Shown here piece by piece: positions 35,454 to 45,419 of a DNA stretch of 59,053 nucleotides (position 1 is its first letter; each line of letters opens with the position of its first letter). The DNA comes from an uncultured Gammaproteobacteria bacterium (GTDB lineage Bacteria; Patescibacteriota; Microgenomatia; Daviesbacterales; UBA10151). The translations under genes and the position numbers were made by a program. Under the pieces are notes generated by a model that was given only the letters and a program-made list of their open reading frames with translations, did no database searches and was not told the origin of the DNA. The stretch is taken from contig CAZFYQ010000007.1 in NCBI GenBank assembly GCA_964523905.1, positions 10,135-69,187 of the forward strand. Reading direction: 5' to 3'.

Positions 35454-36356
35454 ATGCTAGTGCTTAAAAAACTCATCTTTGGCATCTTTTTTCTGATTAC
35501 TTTTGCACTCTTAGTTTTCAAAATCAGTCCATTTTTACAGTCATATAATTCGGTGTTATCTTTATCTTTAAATAATTATCTGCAATATTTAATGCTGACC
35601 GCTTTAATTAGTTTATCCTCTTTTTTCTTTGTACTATTTGTAGCTTTTTCATTTAACTGGAAAGTAATTGTGCCAGTGGTACTGCTAGGCTCAGCTTTGG
35701 CCATTATTTTACAAGATCCGGCTCTTAGTTTAACCTTATTTGTCACTGCTTCTGTTAGTTTCCTACTAAATCTACTGGGACTGGAAAATACCTTAAAAAG
35801 TTATTTAACTTTTCAGCCAACGGCTCTGCTTGGCCCTGCTATTAAAGGCCTTTCAGGACTATTAATTATTAGCTTTTCTTTAGTGTTTTTCTTATCAGCC
35901 AACCGGGCGGTGGCTGCAAACGGTTTTCAAATCCCGGATAGTTTTCTGGATCCGATTTTAGGCCTGCTACCATCTCAACCAACTGAGTCTGATACTGGAA
36001 GTAATTTACCTTCACTTAACTCCACTCAAATTGCCCTGTTAAAACAAAATCCTGGCTTACTTAAACAATACGGTTTTGATCCCAGTATTTTAGATAATAT
36101 TAAACCTTCTTCTTCAGTGACTAATAATTTGGCCAAACAAACTGCCAAAGCTGCTTTAAATACCCTGATAAAACCTTACCAGGCATTTGTACCGGCTATA
36201 CTGGCCATCATCTTTTTTGGATCCTTGGAAACCTTTAGCTGGCTGATTAGTTTACTGGTTAATCCTCTACTTTGGTTAACCTTTTTAATCCTGGAAAAAA
36301 CCGGTTTTGTTACATTTACAGAAGAGCAAAGGATAGTTCGCAAAATGGTAATTTAG
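35454..36356 (+). CDS. integral membrane protein
   Basis: Start moved to MLVLKK (35454) to avoid overlap with the divergent gene. Several TM helices. Confidence 0.5.
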   Translation: MLVLKKLIFGIFFLITFALLVFKISPFLQSYNSVLSLSLNNYLQYLMLTALISLSSFFFVLFVAFSFNWKVIVPVVLLGSALAIILQDPALSLTLFVTASVSFLLNLLGLENTLKSYLTFQPTALLGPAIKGLSGLLIISFSLVFFLSANRAVAANGFQIPDSFLDPILGLLPSQPTESDTGSNLPSLNSTQIALLKQNPGLLKQYGFDPSILDNIKPSSSVTNNLAKQTAKAALNTLIKPYQAFVPAILAIIFFGSLETFSWLISLLVNPLLWLTFLILEKTGFVTFTEEQRIVRKMVI

Positions 36357-38506
36357 ATTTTAAGAGGCTGCATTTCACCCCAGTTGGGACCAACTTTAAG
36401 ATCCACTACTACTGGTACATCCAGTTTTAAGGCCTGTTCCATTTTTTCCCTTACCATTTTAGCAACTTCTTTTACAGAATCTGCTTCACACTCAAATAAA
36501 AGCTCATCATGAATCTGCAGTATCAGGCGACAGGCTTCAGGCGACAGGCTGTAGTGATCTGTTGCCTGTTGCCTACTGCCTACTGCCTTGTCTATCTCAA
36601 CCATCGCTTTTTTAATCATGTCCGCCGCTGTCCCCTGCACCGGATGATTGATGGCAGCTCTTTCTCCAGCTGCTTTAATCATTCTATTGCCGGCTTGCAG
36701 TTCCGGGATATATCTTTTTCTGCCCCATAAAGTTTCAACATAACCTTTTTCATAGCCTTTGGCTAAGGTTTCCTGCATCCACTGGGAAATTTTAGGAAAC
36801 TCGGCAAAGTATTCCAAAATATATTGCTGGGCAATCTCATATGGCACTTTTAACTGACGAGACAAAGCATGCGGGCCTTGACCATAAAGTGTGGCAAAGT
36901 TCATGGTTTTGCCAACCATCCGCTGCCCTTTGTCCACTTTCTCAACCGGCACCTTAAAGATTTTCGCCGCAGTGGCACTATGAATATCCAATCCTTTATC
37001 AAAAGCTTCTTTTAATGCCTCATCCCCGGAAAAATGCGCCATAATCCGAAGCTCAATTTGAGAATAATCAGCTGCCAAAAGCACTTTTCCTTTGGGCACA
37101 ATAAAAGCTTGTCTGATTTTCCCGCCCACTTCTCCCACTGGGATATTTTGTAAATTAGGATTAGTAGAAGAAAGCCTGCCAGTGGCTGCTCCTTCGACAT
37201 TAAAAGTGGAATGAATCCGACCATCTTCCCCTACTGATTGTGGCAGCGCATCAATATAAGTAGACACCAGCTTAAACAGTTGCCGATATTCCAGAAGTAG
37301 TGGAATCATTGGATGAGCCGGGGCTAATTCTTTTAAAGTTTCTTCATCAGTTGATCTTCCGGTTTTAGTCTTTCGAAACACCGGCAGTTTTAATTCATCA
37401 AATAAAATTACCTGCAACTGCTTTGGGCTATTTAAATTAAATTCATGACCAACAGATGAATAGATTTCCTTTTCCAGAGTAGCTACTCTTTTTTTCAAGT
37501 CTTTGCCTAGTTTATCTAATAACTTTAAATCAACTAAAATGCCGTTTTTGGACATTTTTTCTAAGACCGGAGTAACTGCCTGATCCAAATCAGCAGTAAC
37601 ACCTGTTTCTTTTGGTTTAGGTGCCTCCTCTTTCATTTCATAACCGGGAATTCTGGCCAGTAAACTTTTAAATTCCAGTTCTTCAAAAAGTTTAATTACC
37701 TCATTTTTATCAAAATCATGCACCACACATTTGGTTAAATCCAGCTTGATGGGGGCTTCCAGATCTATGGTGGCCAACTGCTTACTCATTACTGCATCCT
37801 CTGCTCCAGCTGCCAACAAATTTTGCATTCTTTCCGGCAAGGTTTTTAAATTCTCCGGTTTATAAATCTCTTCAACAGTGCCAAACTGATGAATTAATTT
37901 AGTAGCAGACACATCCCCAATTCCCGATACTCCGGGAATATTATCTGAAGCATCCCCGGCTAAACCTTTGTAATCCCGCAGCTGATCAGGGGAAAACCCA
38001 TACCGCATCATAAACTCCTCTACCCCATATAACCCCACATCAGCCAAAGTTTTTTTCGGCATTAAAATCTTGACCCGGTCATTAATAAGCTGCATGATAT
38101 CCCGATCTCCAGTTAGAATAATAATTTCCAGTGCCGGTTCTTTCTCAGCCTGTCTGGTTAAAGTACCAATTAAATCATCAGCTTCATATCCTGATAAACT
38201 AAACTCCGGTAAATTAAAAGCCTTAGCCAGCTCATGAACTCTTTTGTATTGATTACTCAAAGCCTGGTCTGTCTCTGCTCTGGTGGCTTTATACTGAGTA
38301 TAGGCCTGATGGCGAAAAGTAGGTCCTTTTTCATCCCAGGTTAAAGCTAGATAATCCGGTTTTAAATCAGATAACGCTTTTAAAAGCATGGAGGAAAATC
38401 CATAAACGGCATTGACCAGTTCTCCCATGCCTGTGGTAAAAGGTGGTGTGGCATGATAGGCCCTATGAAGCAGCGCATTCCCATCAATTAATACCAATCT
38501 CTTCAT
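36353..38506 (-). CDS. polA: DNA polymerase I (5' nuclease + polymerase, no 3'-5' exonuclease domain)
   Basis: 717 aa. An N-terminal FEN-like domain is followed, after a ~20-aa linker, by family A polymerase motifs (DYSQIELR, RMVGKTMNFATLYG, QIHDELLFE). Confidence 0.9.
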   Translation of the reverse strand: MKRLVLIDGNALLHRAYHATPPFTTGMGELVNAVYGFSSMLLKALSDLKPDYLALTWDEKGPTFRHQAYTQYKATRAETDQALSNQYKRVHELAKAFNLPEFSLSGYEADDLIGTLTRQAEKEPALEIIILTGDRDIMQLINDRVKILMPKKTLADVGLYGVEEFMMRYGFSPDQLRDYKGLAGDASDNIPGVSGIGDVSATKLIHQFGTVEEIYKPENLKTLPERMQNLLAAGAEDAVMSKQLATIDLEAPIKLDLTKCVVHDFDKNEVIKLFEELEFKSLLARIPGYEMKEEAPKPKETGVTADLDQAVTPVLEKMSKNGILVDLKLLDKLGKDLKKRVATLEKEIYSSVGHEFNLNSPKQLQVILFDELKLPVFRKTKTGRSTDEETLKELAPAHPMIPLLLEYRQLFKLVSTYIDALPQSVGEDGRIHSTFNVEGAATGRLSSTNPNLQNIPVGEVGGKIRQAFIVPKGKVLLAADYSQIELRIMAHFSGDEALKEAFDKGLDIHSATAAKIFKVPVEKVDKGQRMVGKTMNFATLYGQGPHALSRQLKVPYEIAQQYILEYFAEFPKISQWMQETLAKGYEKGYVETLWGRKRYIPELQAGNRMIKAAGERAAINHPVQGTAADMIKKAMVEIDKAVGSRQQATDHYSLSPEACRLILQIHDELLFECEADSVKEVAKMVREKMEQALKLDVPVVVDLKVGPNWGEMQPLKI
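36524..36586. repeat. inverted pair of heptamer tracts (4 + 4 units) inside polA
   Basis: CAGGCGA CAGGCTT CAGGCGA CAGGCTG - TAGTGAT - CTGTTGC CTGTTGC CTACTGC CTACTGC, translated as GSRQQATDHYSLSPEACRL. Confidence 0.85.
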
Positions 38507-38525
38507 TCGGGTATAATATCATAGG

Positions 38526-39572
38526 ATGAAAAAAGTAGTAATCTTTTATTCAAAAACTGCCGGAGGACATTTAAAAACTGCTGAGGCTATTGCTGATAGT
38601 TTAAAACAAAAAGATTTGGAAATTGTGATGTTAGATGCCCTGGAGCAAACTAGCTGGGGATTTAAAATTAATCCAGCCTCTGCCTACGGCATCTTATCTG
38701 GACCTTTGAAGCCACTGTTTAACCTATTGTATCGATTAACCAATAACCGGATCGGTATTAAGGCATCCCGTGGTCTAATTAAACTGGTTTGGGGTCGTCA
38801 ATTTAAAAAGCTCATTGAATACGAAGAGCCAGATTTAATCATTACCACTCATCACTTTATCTCTCCTAGCACCATTAATAGTTTAAAAAGCCAATACCCT
38901 TTTGTGACAGTAGTTACTGACTTAGGTGCTCCGCACCGGATTTGGTTTGATAAAAAAGCTGATAAAATTATTACCCCTACTCCTGAGTTAGCCAAATTAA
39001 CTAAGCTGCTATTAAAATCCAGTGATGATCAGATTGTCCATTTAGGTTATCCGCTTAAAGATGAATTTAAACCAGAAGAAAAACGCCAGTTTTCCAATAC
39101 TATCTTAATCATTGGTGGCGGGTTGGGCGCGGGTAAGATTGAGCAGCAACTGATGCTACTGCAAGAACAATTACCAGATAAGAAATTAATCGTAGTTTGC
39201 GGATTTAACAAAAATTTATTTACCAAACTTTCCAAAGTTAAAAGCACCAGTACCCAGCTATTTGGATTTGTTGACAATATTGATGAGCTGATGCTTAAGT
39301 CTGATTTGGTAATTACCAAAGCCGGACCCGGCACTATTATTGAAGCAGCCCAAATGCAAAGACCAATGATTATTACTGACTGGATTGGACTACAGGAAAA
39401 GGAAAATATTAAGTTTGTTTTGGATAATAAACTGGGGATCTTTTGCCCGGAGCTTAAACAACTACCTAACGCCGTATCACAAATTTATCAAAATTACAGT
39501 GACTATCAAAATTCGAAAAACTGGAGTGGCTTAAAAGAAATTACCGCTTATTTAAACAAGCTTTTAGCGTAG
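38526..39572 (+). CDS. GT28-type glycosyltransferase (MGDG synthase/UgtP-like)
   Basis: The N-terminal IFYSKTAGGHLKTAEAI motif resembles diacylglycerol glycosyltransferases. GT-B length. Confidence 0.65.
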   Translation: MKKVVIFYSKTAGGHLKTAEAIADSLKQKDLEIVMLDALEQTSWGFKINPASAYGILSGPLKPLFNLLYRLTNNRIGIKASRGLIKLVWGRQFKKLIEYEEPDLIITTHHFISPSTINSLKSQYPFVTVVTDLGAPHRIWFDKKADKIITPTPELAKLTKLLLKSSDDQIVHLGYPLKDEFKPEEKRQFSNTILIIGGGLGAGKIEQQLMLLQEQLPDKKLIVVCGFNKNLFTKLSKVKSTSTQLFGFVDNIDELMLKSDLVITKAGPGTIIEAAQMQRPMIITDWIGLQEKENIKFVLDNKLGIFCPELKQLPNAVSQIYQNYSDYQNSKNWSGLKEITAYLNKLLA

Positions 39573-40531
39573 TTTAAATACTCCGGATATCCTTGCTGCT
39601 TCATCCAGTACCACCACTCTACTCCCCATAAATAATTCTCGGCAAACGGAAGACGCTTGGTATATTCAATGTTAGCTTTAAAATCAGCCAGTGAGAACCG
39701 TTTGCTTTGGGTGACCGGATAAATCTCCGTCGGATCAGTCATTGATAACCAGGGCTCAGTTTGCAGTTCTGTCACAATGATTGGTTTATTTTGTAATTTT
39801 TGAATTAACCAAGCTTTAATCTGATAAAACCCGGCTGGGAAAAAATAGGGCGTATAAGCATGCAAAGAACTATTATATGACTTTCTGTAAATAGAAATTC
39901 CTAAACTATCTCCGAGGCTTGTGGCCTGCAGCCAATCCCCCCATTCACCAGAATCAGTAATAATGATTGGCCGATGATCTAATTTCTTTACTAAATTAAC
40001 CTCTTGTTGTAAAAATGTTTTATCCGGCGGGTCACAATTTTCTCCAAACCAACCTATTAACGGTTCATTTTCCACCTGCCAGGCAGTGATAGCGGAATTA
40101 TCTTTGTAGCGTTCAACTACTTTTTCAATTAGCTGCAAGACCAGCTGCTGCCTTTTGGTAACTGGTAGAGATTTGGCCCAACTCGGTATTTGGCATTCTG
40201 GCCAGCGGGGTTGTTTATCCCCTACGACTAAAATAACTTGGGCTTGTCTTTTGACTGCCTCAGTCAGTAAAAAATCAGTTTCGGAAAAATCAAAATGGCC
40301 GTTAGTTTTTTCCAGACGATCCCAATCACTGGGTAATCTTAGATGCTTAACTTTTAGTTCATCTAAGATTTGTAGATAAGTTTTTTTCCAGTCTAGTCCT
40401 AAATACTGAGCATATTTAGGGACAAAGGTCACACCATAGGCAATACTTTTTTGTTGATTAAAAAAGGGCAAAACAAGCATTAACAAAATGAGGATTAGGG
40501 CTACACCAAGGAGCAGTTTGATAAAAGTCAT
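39548..40531 (-). CDS. membrane-anchored clan GH-A-like glycoside hydrolase
   Basis: N-terminal TM helix and a WQVENEP acid/base-type motif. The family is not resolved. Confidence 0.5.
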   Translation of the reverse strand: MTFIKLLLGVALILILLMLVLPFFNQQKSIAYGVTFVPKYAQYLGLDWKKTYLQILDELKVKHLRLPSDWDRLEKTNGHFDFSETDFLLTEAVKRQAQVILVVGDKQPRWPECQIPSWAKSLPVTKRQQLVLQLIEKVVERYKDNSAITAWQVENEPLIGWFGENCDPPDKTFLQQEVNLVKKLDHRPIIITDSGEWGDWLQATSLGDSLGISIYRKSYNSSLHAYTPYFFPAGFYQIKAWLIQKLQNKPIIVTELQTEPWLSMTDPTEIYPVTQSKRFSLADFKANIEYTKRLPFAENYLWGVEWWYWMKQQGYPEYLNYAKSLFK

Positions 40532-40553
40532 CTACCTTATTCTACATTATTCT

Positions 40554-40583
40554 TTGACAAGGTTTAAGCTGATTATGTATCAT
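40554..40583 (+). promoter_or_regulatory. promoter of the GT2 gene (leaderless spacing)
   Basis: TTGACA-18-TATCAT, with the ATG at 40591 following a 7-nt gap. Confidence 0.4.
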
Positions 40584-40590
40584 TACGTCA

Positions 40591-41313
40591 ATGAAATTAC
40601 CGCTTAGTATTATTATCCCTACCTTTAATGAAGGTTTGTACCTGCCAAAGCTTTTAAAATCAATTAAAAACCAAACTGTTCAGCCAAAAGAAATTATTAT
40701 TGCCGATGCTTTTTCAACTGATAATACCCGTGCTATTGCCCGGGCTTTTAAGCTAAAACTGGTAGACGGGGGTTTGCCTGCCATTTCCCGAAACTTAGGA
40801 GCCAGTATTGCCACACAACCATTGCTGCTCTTTTTAGATGCTGATGTGGTGATCCCCAGCTATTTTCTGGAAAAAACCATCGCCGAGATGACTGAGAAAA
40901 ATTTAGACATTGCTTCTTGTTTTGTCAGGCCGCGTTCCAGTTTAAAGATTGATAAATTCCTGCACCGCTTTGCCAATCAATACATGCGAATTACTCAAAA
41001 AATTCACCCGCATGTGCCGGGATTTTGTATTTTTATTAAAAGAGATACCCACGAAGCAATTAACGGCTTTGATGAGTCACTGGTGTTAGCTGAGGACCAG
41101 GATTATGTTAAGCGGGCTAAAAAGGTTGGTAAATTTGCTTATCTAAAATCCTATAAAATCCCGGTCTCTGTTAGAAGGCTGACCAAAGACGGGAGACTTC
41201 GAATTGCCTTAACCTATGTCGCAATTGAACTGCATTTAATTTTTATGGGTAAAATCCGCAAGAATATCTTTGGTTATAAATTCGGTCATTTTGATAAGCT
41301 TCCACACAACTGA
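40591..41313 (+). CDS. glycosyltransferase family 2
   Basis: LSIIIPTFNE start and the DxD motif FLDADVV. Confidence 0.8.
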   Translation: MKLPLSIIIPTFNEGLYLPKLLKSIKNQTVQPKEIIIADAFSTDNTRAIARAFKLKLVDGGLPAISRNLGASIATQPLLLFLDADVVIPSYFLEKTIAEMTEKNLDIASCFVRPRSSLKIDKFLHRFANQYMRITQKIHPHVPGFCIFIKRDTHEAINGFDESLVLAEDQDYVKRAKKVGKFAYLKSYKIPVSVRRLTKDGRLRIALTYVAIELHLIFMGKIRKNIFGYKFGHFDKLPHN

Positions 41314-41320
41314 AACTGCG

Positions 41321-41890
41321 TTACCGGAGATTACATTTCTCGGCTCTTTGGGTGAGTACGAATACCTCAGTTTGGCTTAAGGCTGATGAAGAAGCTTCAG
41401 TTTTTAAGAAATCACAGGCCGGTAACTTATCTGCTTTGGACAAATCTTTTCGCAAACTTAGCTGATTAATGGCTGCCCGAACTGCCATCCGAGCTTGTGT
41501 ATTACTTACCTGAGGGTAATCTGTGAGTAAATCACTTAACTGGGCCTTTAGAAGCGGTTCTGTTAAAGGTGCTTGGGGAATACTGCTTAAACTGGATTTG
41601 TAATTTTCTAAACTGGCAGCAATCAAATCCTGGCTATTACTTAAAGTCAAAGTATTTACTTCCTGGATTCTTCTTTTGGAAAATTCAATTTGCTTTTGAA
41701 TTTTGGCAGGATATTTAAAGCTAAGTTTCATTTCCAGATCTTCTCTAATTACTTCCAGAAAATAAAACGGCGAAGCCGGGGAAATCTTGGCAAACCCAAG
41801 CTCACTGCCACTGGCAAAAACATTAAAACATGGAGGTAAAAACAAGGCTAAACTAACAATGAAAATAATCGCCAAATGGATAATCCGCAT
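41321..41890 (-). CDS. secreted helical hypothetical protein
   Basis: Signal peptide followed by helical, low-complexity sequence. Confidence 0.5.
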   Translation of the reverse strand: MRIIHLAIIFIVSLALFLPPCFNVFASGSELGFAKISPASPFYFLEVIREDLEMKLSFKYPAKIQKQIEFSKRRIQEVNTLTLSNSQDLIAASLENYKSSLSSIPQAPLTEPLLKAQLSDLLTDYPQVSNTQARMAVRAAINQLSLRKDLSKADKLPACDFLKTEASSSALSQTEVFVLTQRAEKCNLR

Positions 41891-41908
41891 TGATCAATAC
41901 TACCATAT

Positions 41909-43750
41909 TTAGCTTCTTTTTTTGCCGACGATTTTTTCAAATTCGTCAGTATCCAGGGTTTCTTTTTCAAGAAGGGCTTTGGCAACTTTATCCAGTTTTA
42001 GTTTCTCTTTCTTTAAAATAGCTTGAGCTTGTTTAAAACAAGTATCCAAAATTCTTTTTACTTCCACATCAACTGCATCATGTAACTTAGTGGACATCCC
42101 TTCTCCTTCATCCCCTCTCCAACCACTAAAAGCTGATCTTTCACTAATATTAATCGGCCCCAGGCCACTCATACCATATTGAGTGACCATGGCTTTGGCA
42201 ATGTTACTGGCTACTTCAATATCTGATGCAGCTCCGGTTGAGATATCTTTAAAAATTAACTCCTCTGCAGCTTGGCCTCCTAAAGCCGCAGTAATTTGTT
42301 CCAAAAGCCTTGATTTAGTTTCATTAGAACGATCCTCGGTGGGAGGAAATAGCGTGTGTCCACCAGATGCTCCCCGGGAAATGATCGAGATTCGATGTAC
42401 CGGATCAACATTAGGTAAACTATGTCCAACTAAAGCATGTCCGGCTTCATGATAAGCTGCTAATTTGCGGTCTTTATCAGATTGCATTCTTTTTCTTTGG
42501 GGACCGAGCTTTTCTTTAGTAGCTGCTTCTTCCAAATCTTTGGAGTCAATTTTAGTTTTACTTTCTCTGGCTGCTAAAATAGCGGCCTCATTTAACATAT
42601 TAGCCAAATCAGCCCCGGAAAATCCCACAGTTCTTCTGGCCAGTCTTTCAACACTGACATCGTCAGTAAACGGTTTACCTTTCATATGCAGTTCAATAAT
42701 GGATTTGCGGTCTTCCAAATCAGGAAGAGACAGTGCCACTCTTCTGTCAAACCGACCTGGTCTAACCAAAGCCGCATCCAATAAGTCCGGCCTATTGGTA
42801 GCTGCTAAAACAATCACATGGTCATTAGGAGTAAATCCATCCATCTCTACCAAGATCTGATTTAAAGTCTGTTCTCTTTCATCATGTCCACCAGACATAC
42901 TCATCCCCCGTTGCCTACCAATTGACTCCACCTCATCAATAAAAATAATGGCTGGTCCGGCTTTTTTAGCCTGAGCAAACATGTCTCTAACTCTGGCAGC
43001 ACCAACTCCCACTAACATTTCCATAAATTCTGATCCGGCAATAGAAAAGAAAGGCACACCCGCTTCTCCGGCTACTGCTCTTGAGAGTAAAGTCTTACCA
43101 GTTCCTGCCGGACCAATCATTAATACTCCTTTGGGGATTTTAGCTCCCAAGGCTTTAAATTTATCCGGAGTTTTTAAAAATTCTACCACTTCTGCGAGTT
43201 CTCTTTTAGCTTCTTCTGCTCCGGCTACATCAGTAAATTTAATTTGGGGGGCATCTTTGGAAAAAAGCCTAGCCTTAGACTGGGCAAAGGAAAAAATTCC
43301 CTGACCGGCCTCCCTGGCATTTCTAAATAGTAGAAACATTAGTCCTACTAAAATTACCACTGGCAAAACAGCTGATAATACCCCGATCCAGGCTTGTTGT
43401 GCTGATAAATCATGAACATCAATGGTGACAGTTTTGGGATCGACCCCAGATGATTGTAGAATTTGGTAAATTGATTCACCCTCTTCTTTATGAGCATCCA
43501 TTTTTTGATCACCAGCTTTGTAATCAGCAGTAATTTTGTTGCCTTCAATAGTAAGTTTTGCAACTTTTCCGGATTTAATATCAGAAACAATTTGAGAAAT
43601 TGGTACTTGGTTATTGGAAGTTTGTGGGCCACCGGAGACTTGATAGAAAAATACCAAAGCCCCCAAAGCAATTAAAGCATAAATTGCCAAACCTTTGAGA
43701 ATCCCGAACATTCTTTTGTTTAAGTTGATTTTCTTTCTGCCATTAGCCAT
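41909..43750 (-). CDS. ftsH: ATP-dependent zinc metalloprotease FtsH
   Basis: Two N-terminal TM helices, Walker A GPAGTGKT, an SRH region and the HEAGHA zinc motif. Confidence 0.95.
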   Translation of the reverse strand: MANGRKKINLNKRMFGILKGLAIYALIALGALVFFYQVSGGPQTSNNQVPISQIVSDIKSGKVAKLTIEGNKITADYKAGDQKMDAHKEEGESIYQILQSSGVDPKTVTIDVHDLSAQQAWIGVLSAVLPVVILVGLMFLLFRNAREAGQGIFSFAQSKARLFSKDAPQIKFTDVAGAEEAKRELAEVVEFLKTPDKFKALGAKIPKGVLMIGPAGTGKTLLSRAVAGEAGVPFFSIAGSEFMEMLVGVGAARVRDMFAQAKKAGPAIIFIDEVESIGRQRGMSMSGGHDEREQTLNQILVEMDGFTPNDHVIVLAATNRPDLLDAALVRPGRFDRRVALSLPDLEDRKSIIELHMKGKPFTDDVSVERLARRTVGFSGADLANMLNEAAILAARESKTKIDSKDLEEAATKEKLGPQRKRMQSDKDRKLAAYHEAGHALVGHSLPNVDPVHRISIISRGASGGHTLFPPTEDRSNETKSRLLEQITAALGGQAAEELIFKDISTGAASDIEVASNIAKAMVTQYGMSGLGPINISERSAFSGWRGDEGEGMSTKLHDAVDVEVKRILDTCFKQAQAILKKEKLKLDKVAKALLEKETLDTDEFEKIVGKKRS

Positions 43751-43799
43751 AAGCGTACAATGTGGCTGATTATATCACTCTGTATGTAAGATTGCTATC

Positions 43800-45071
43800 T
43801 TAGGCTGCTTTTGTTTGTGGGTAATTTCTTAAAACCCTACTCCATTTGTCTACCCGATACCGATTGATCCAGTGAGTTGCGCCTATGGCAAACTCAAGAG
43901 TCTTACCTTTACTGGTAGCTATAACATTATTCCGACCTTCTTTGTCTAGACTTTTAATAAAACCTTTGCTTGGGAAAGATAAAGGATCAATTATTCCTCT
44001 TCTAATAAACGCTCGGATATTTTCAGTATCCATTGGCACGCCCTTCATCATATGTAATAAATCAGCTCTGGCTACCTCTTTTTTTAAACTAGCTTGTTGT
44101 TTATTATCCTGCCAATCAATTCCTTTTTGGGTTAAGACCTGCTGGTATTTTCCAAAGAAAATTTGCTCAGCTTCAATTGCTGATTCAATTCTGGGATCAT
44201 AAATACTTCTGAATGACGTTTCTGCAGCAAAGGCTAAAGGAATTTGTAGCTCTTTTATATCTACTGGTCCATGATCTGCTACAGGATTATCTAATAAAAG
44301 TCTTACTCTACTTTGCTGCTCCTTAGTTAAATTACTAAAGGCCAAACCTAAAAGAGAACTACTAAAAGACATTCCCTGCAAAATTGCTTTAGTGTCTGGG
44401 TCATTTGCCGCTAATACTGTATCTATAAATTCTCCGTATAATTTCCCATATGGCTCTACCCCATCTTCTACTGCTTTTACCCACTGCTCTGTTACTTTAC
44501 CCCCTAAACCTTGCGGATAACCAACAGAATAAACTTCAACATCCTTATCCCAAACAAATGTGGATGGGATTGAATTAATTACACGATCGTAAACTATATC
44601 CCAAGGAGTAAAAGGATGACCTGCTGGAGGATAGGCAAAACCGGTAAATATCATGTAAATTAATTTTGGTTTTGGGGCTGAGGAATCTTGATCTACTCCT
44701 TTTCTAGCAGTTATTTCATTAACTGAAACTTTAGTATAGGGAAAACTTAAATTTGGATCATTATGTGGATGGAAAATAGCCAAATTATCCACTCCTTGCT
44801 GGTCAGTTTTCTCTAAAATTCCTCTTACTGTATCGACCTGTTCTGGATGCTTTTTCTTCATTTCATTTAAAGCTGCCCAGAAATATGGAGAACGCAAAGG
44901 CGCACTATCTAATTTTTCACTTTCTGGAATTTGCGGTGGTTTTTCTTTAAATAGCTTTTTGGCTATTAATGCAGCTGCTATAGTTGCAATGGTTGTTAGA
45001 AAAACCCTTCTGGTAATTTTAGGATGAGTTATCTCCTTTGGAAGAAACTCATGTTGATTTTCTATTGTCAT
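43800..45071 (-). CDS. membrane-anchored hypothetical protein (423 aa)
   Basis: N-terminal TRRVFLTTIATIAAALIA anchor. No motif recognised. Confidence 0.5.
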   Translation of the reverse strand: MTIENQHEFLPKEITHPKITRRVFLTTIATIAAALIAKKLFKEKPPQIPESEKLDSAPLRSPYFWAALNEMKKKHPEQVDTVRGILEKTDQQGVDNLAIFHPHNDPNLSFPYTKVSVNEITARKGVDQDSSAPKPKLIYMIFTGFAYPPAGHPFTPWDIVYDRVINSIPSTFVWDKDVEVYSVGYPQGLGGKVTEQWVKAVEDGVEPYGKLYGEFIDTVLAANDPDTKAILQGMSFSSSLLGLAFSNLTKEQQSRVRLLLDNPVADHGPVDIKELQIPLAFAAETSFRSIYDPRIESAIEAEQIFFGKYQQVLTQKGIDWQDNKQQASLKKEVARADLLHMMKGVPMDTENIRAFIRRGIIDPLSFPSKGFIKSLDKEGRNNVIATSKGKTLEFAIGATHWINRYRVDKWSRVLRNYPQTKAA

Positions 45072-45092
45072 TTAGCCTATATTATACCAATT

Positions 45093-45419
45093 TTAACGGA
45101 GTTTTGTTCCTGCAGACACTTTGGAGGTTGGTTTTATAGGATAGGGTTTATCAGTATCAGTTGCCAAAAGCATTCCGGCAGATTCCAGTCCCATCATCAT
45201 CCGCGGCTCTAAATTTACTACATAAATAAACTGCTTGCCCACCAGTTGCTCGGGCTTGTACCATTTTTTAATCCCGGATAAAATCTGTCGCGTTCCTAAT
45301 TCCCCAAAATCCACGATCTGCTTAATTAACTTTTCTGACCCTTCCACATCAGTTGCTTCCAGAATCGTCCCTACTCTTAGCTCAACCTTTGCAAAATCAT
45401 CAATTGTAATCATAATCAA
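45093..45419 (-). CDS. tRNA-binding domain protein (CsaA/Trbp111-like)
   Basis: FAKVELRVGTILEA OB-fold motif. Overlaps the trpS 3' end by 20 nt. Confidence 0.75.
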   Translation of the reverse strand: MIMITIDDFAKVELRVGTILEATDVEGSEKLIKQIVDFGELGTRQILSGIKKWYKPEQLVGKQFIYVVNLEPRMMMGLESAGMLLATDTDKPYPIKPTSKVSAGTKLR

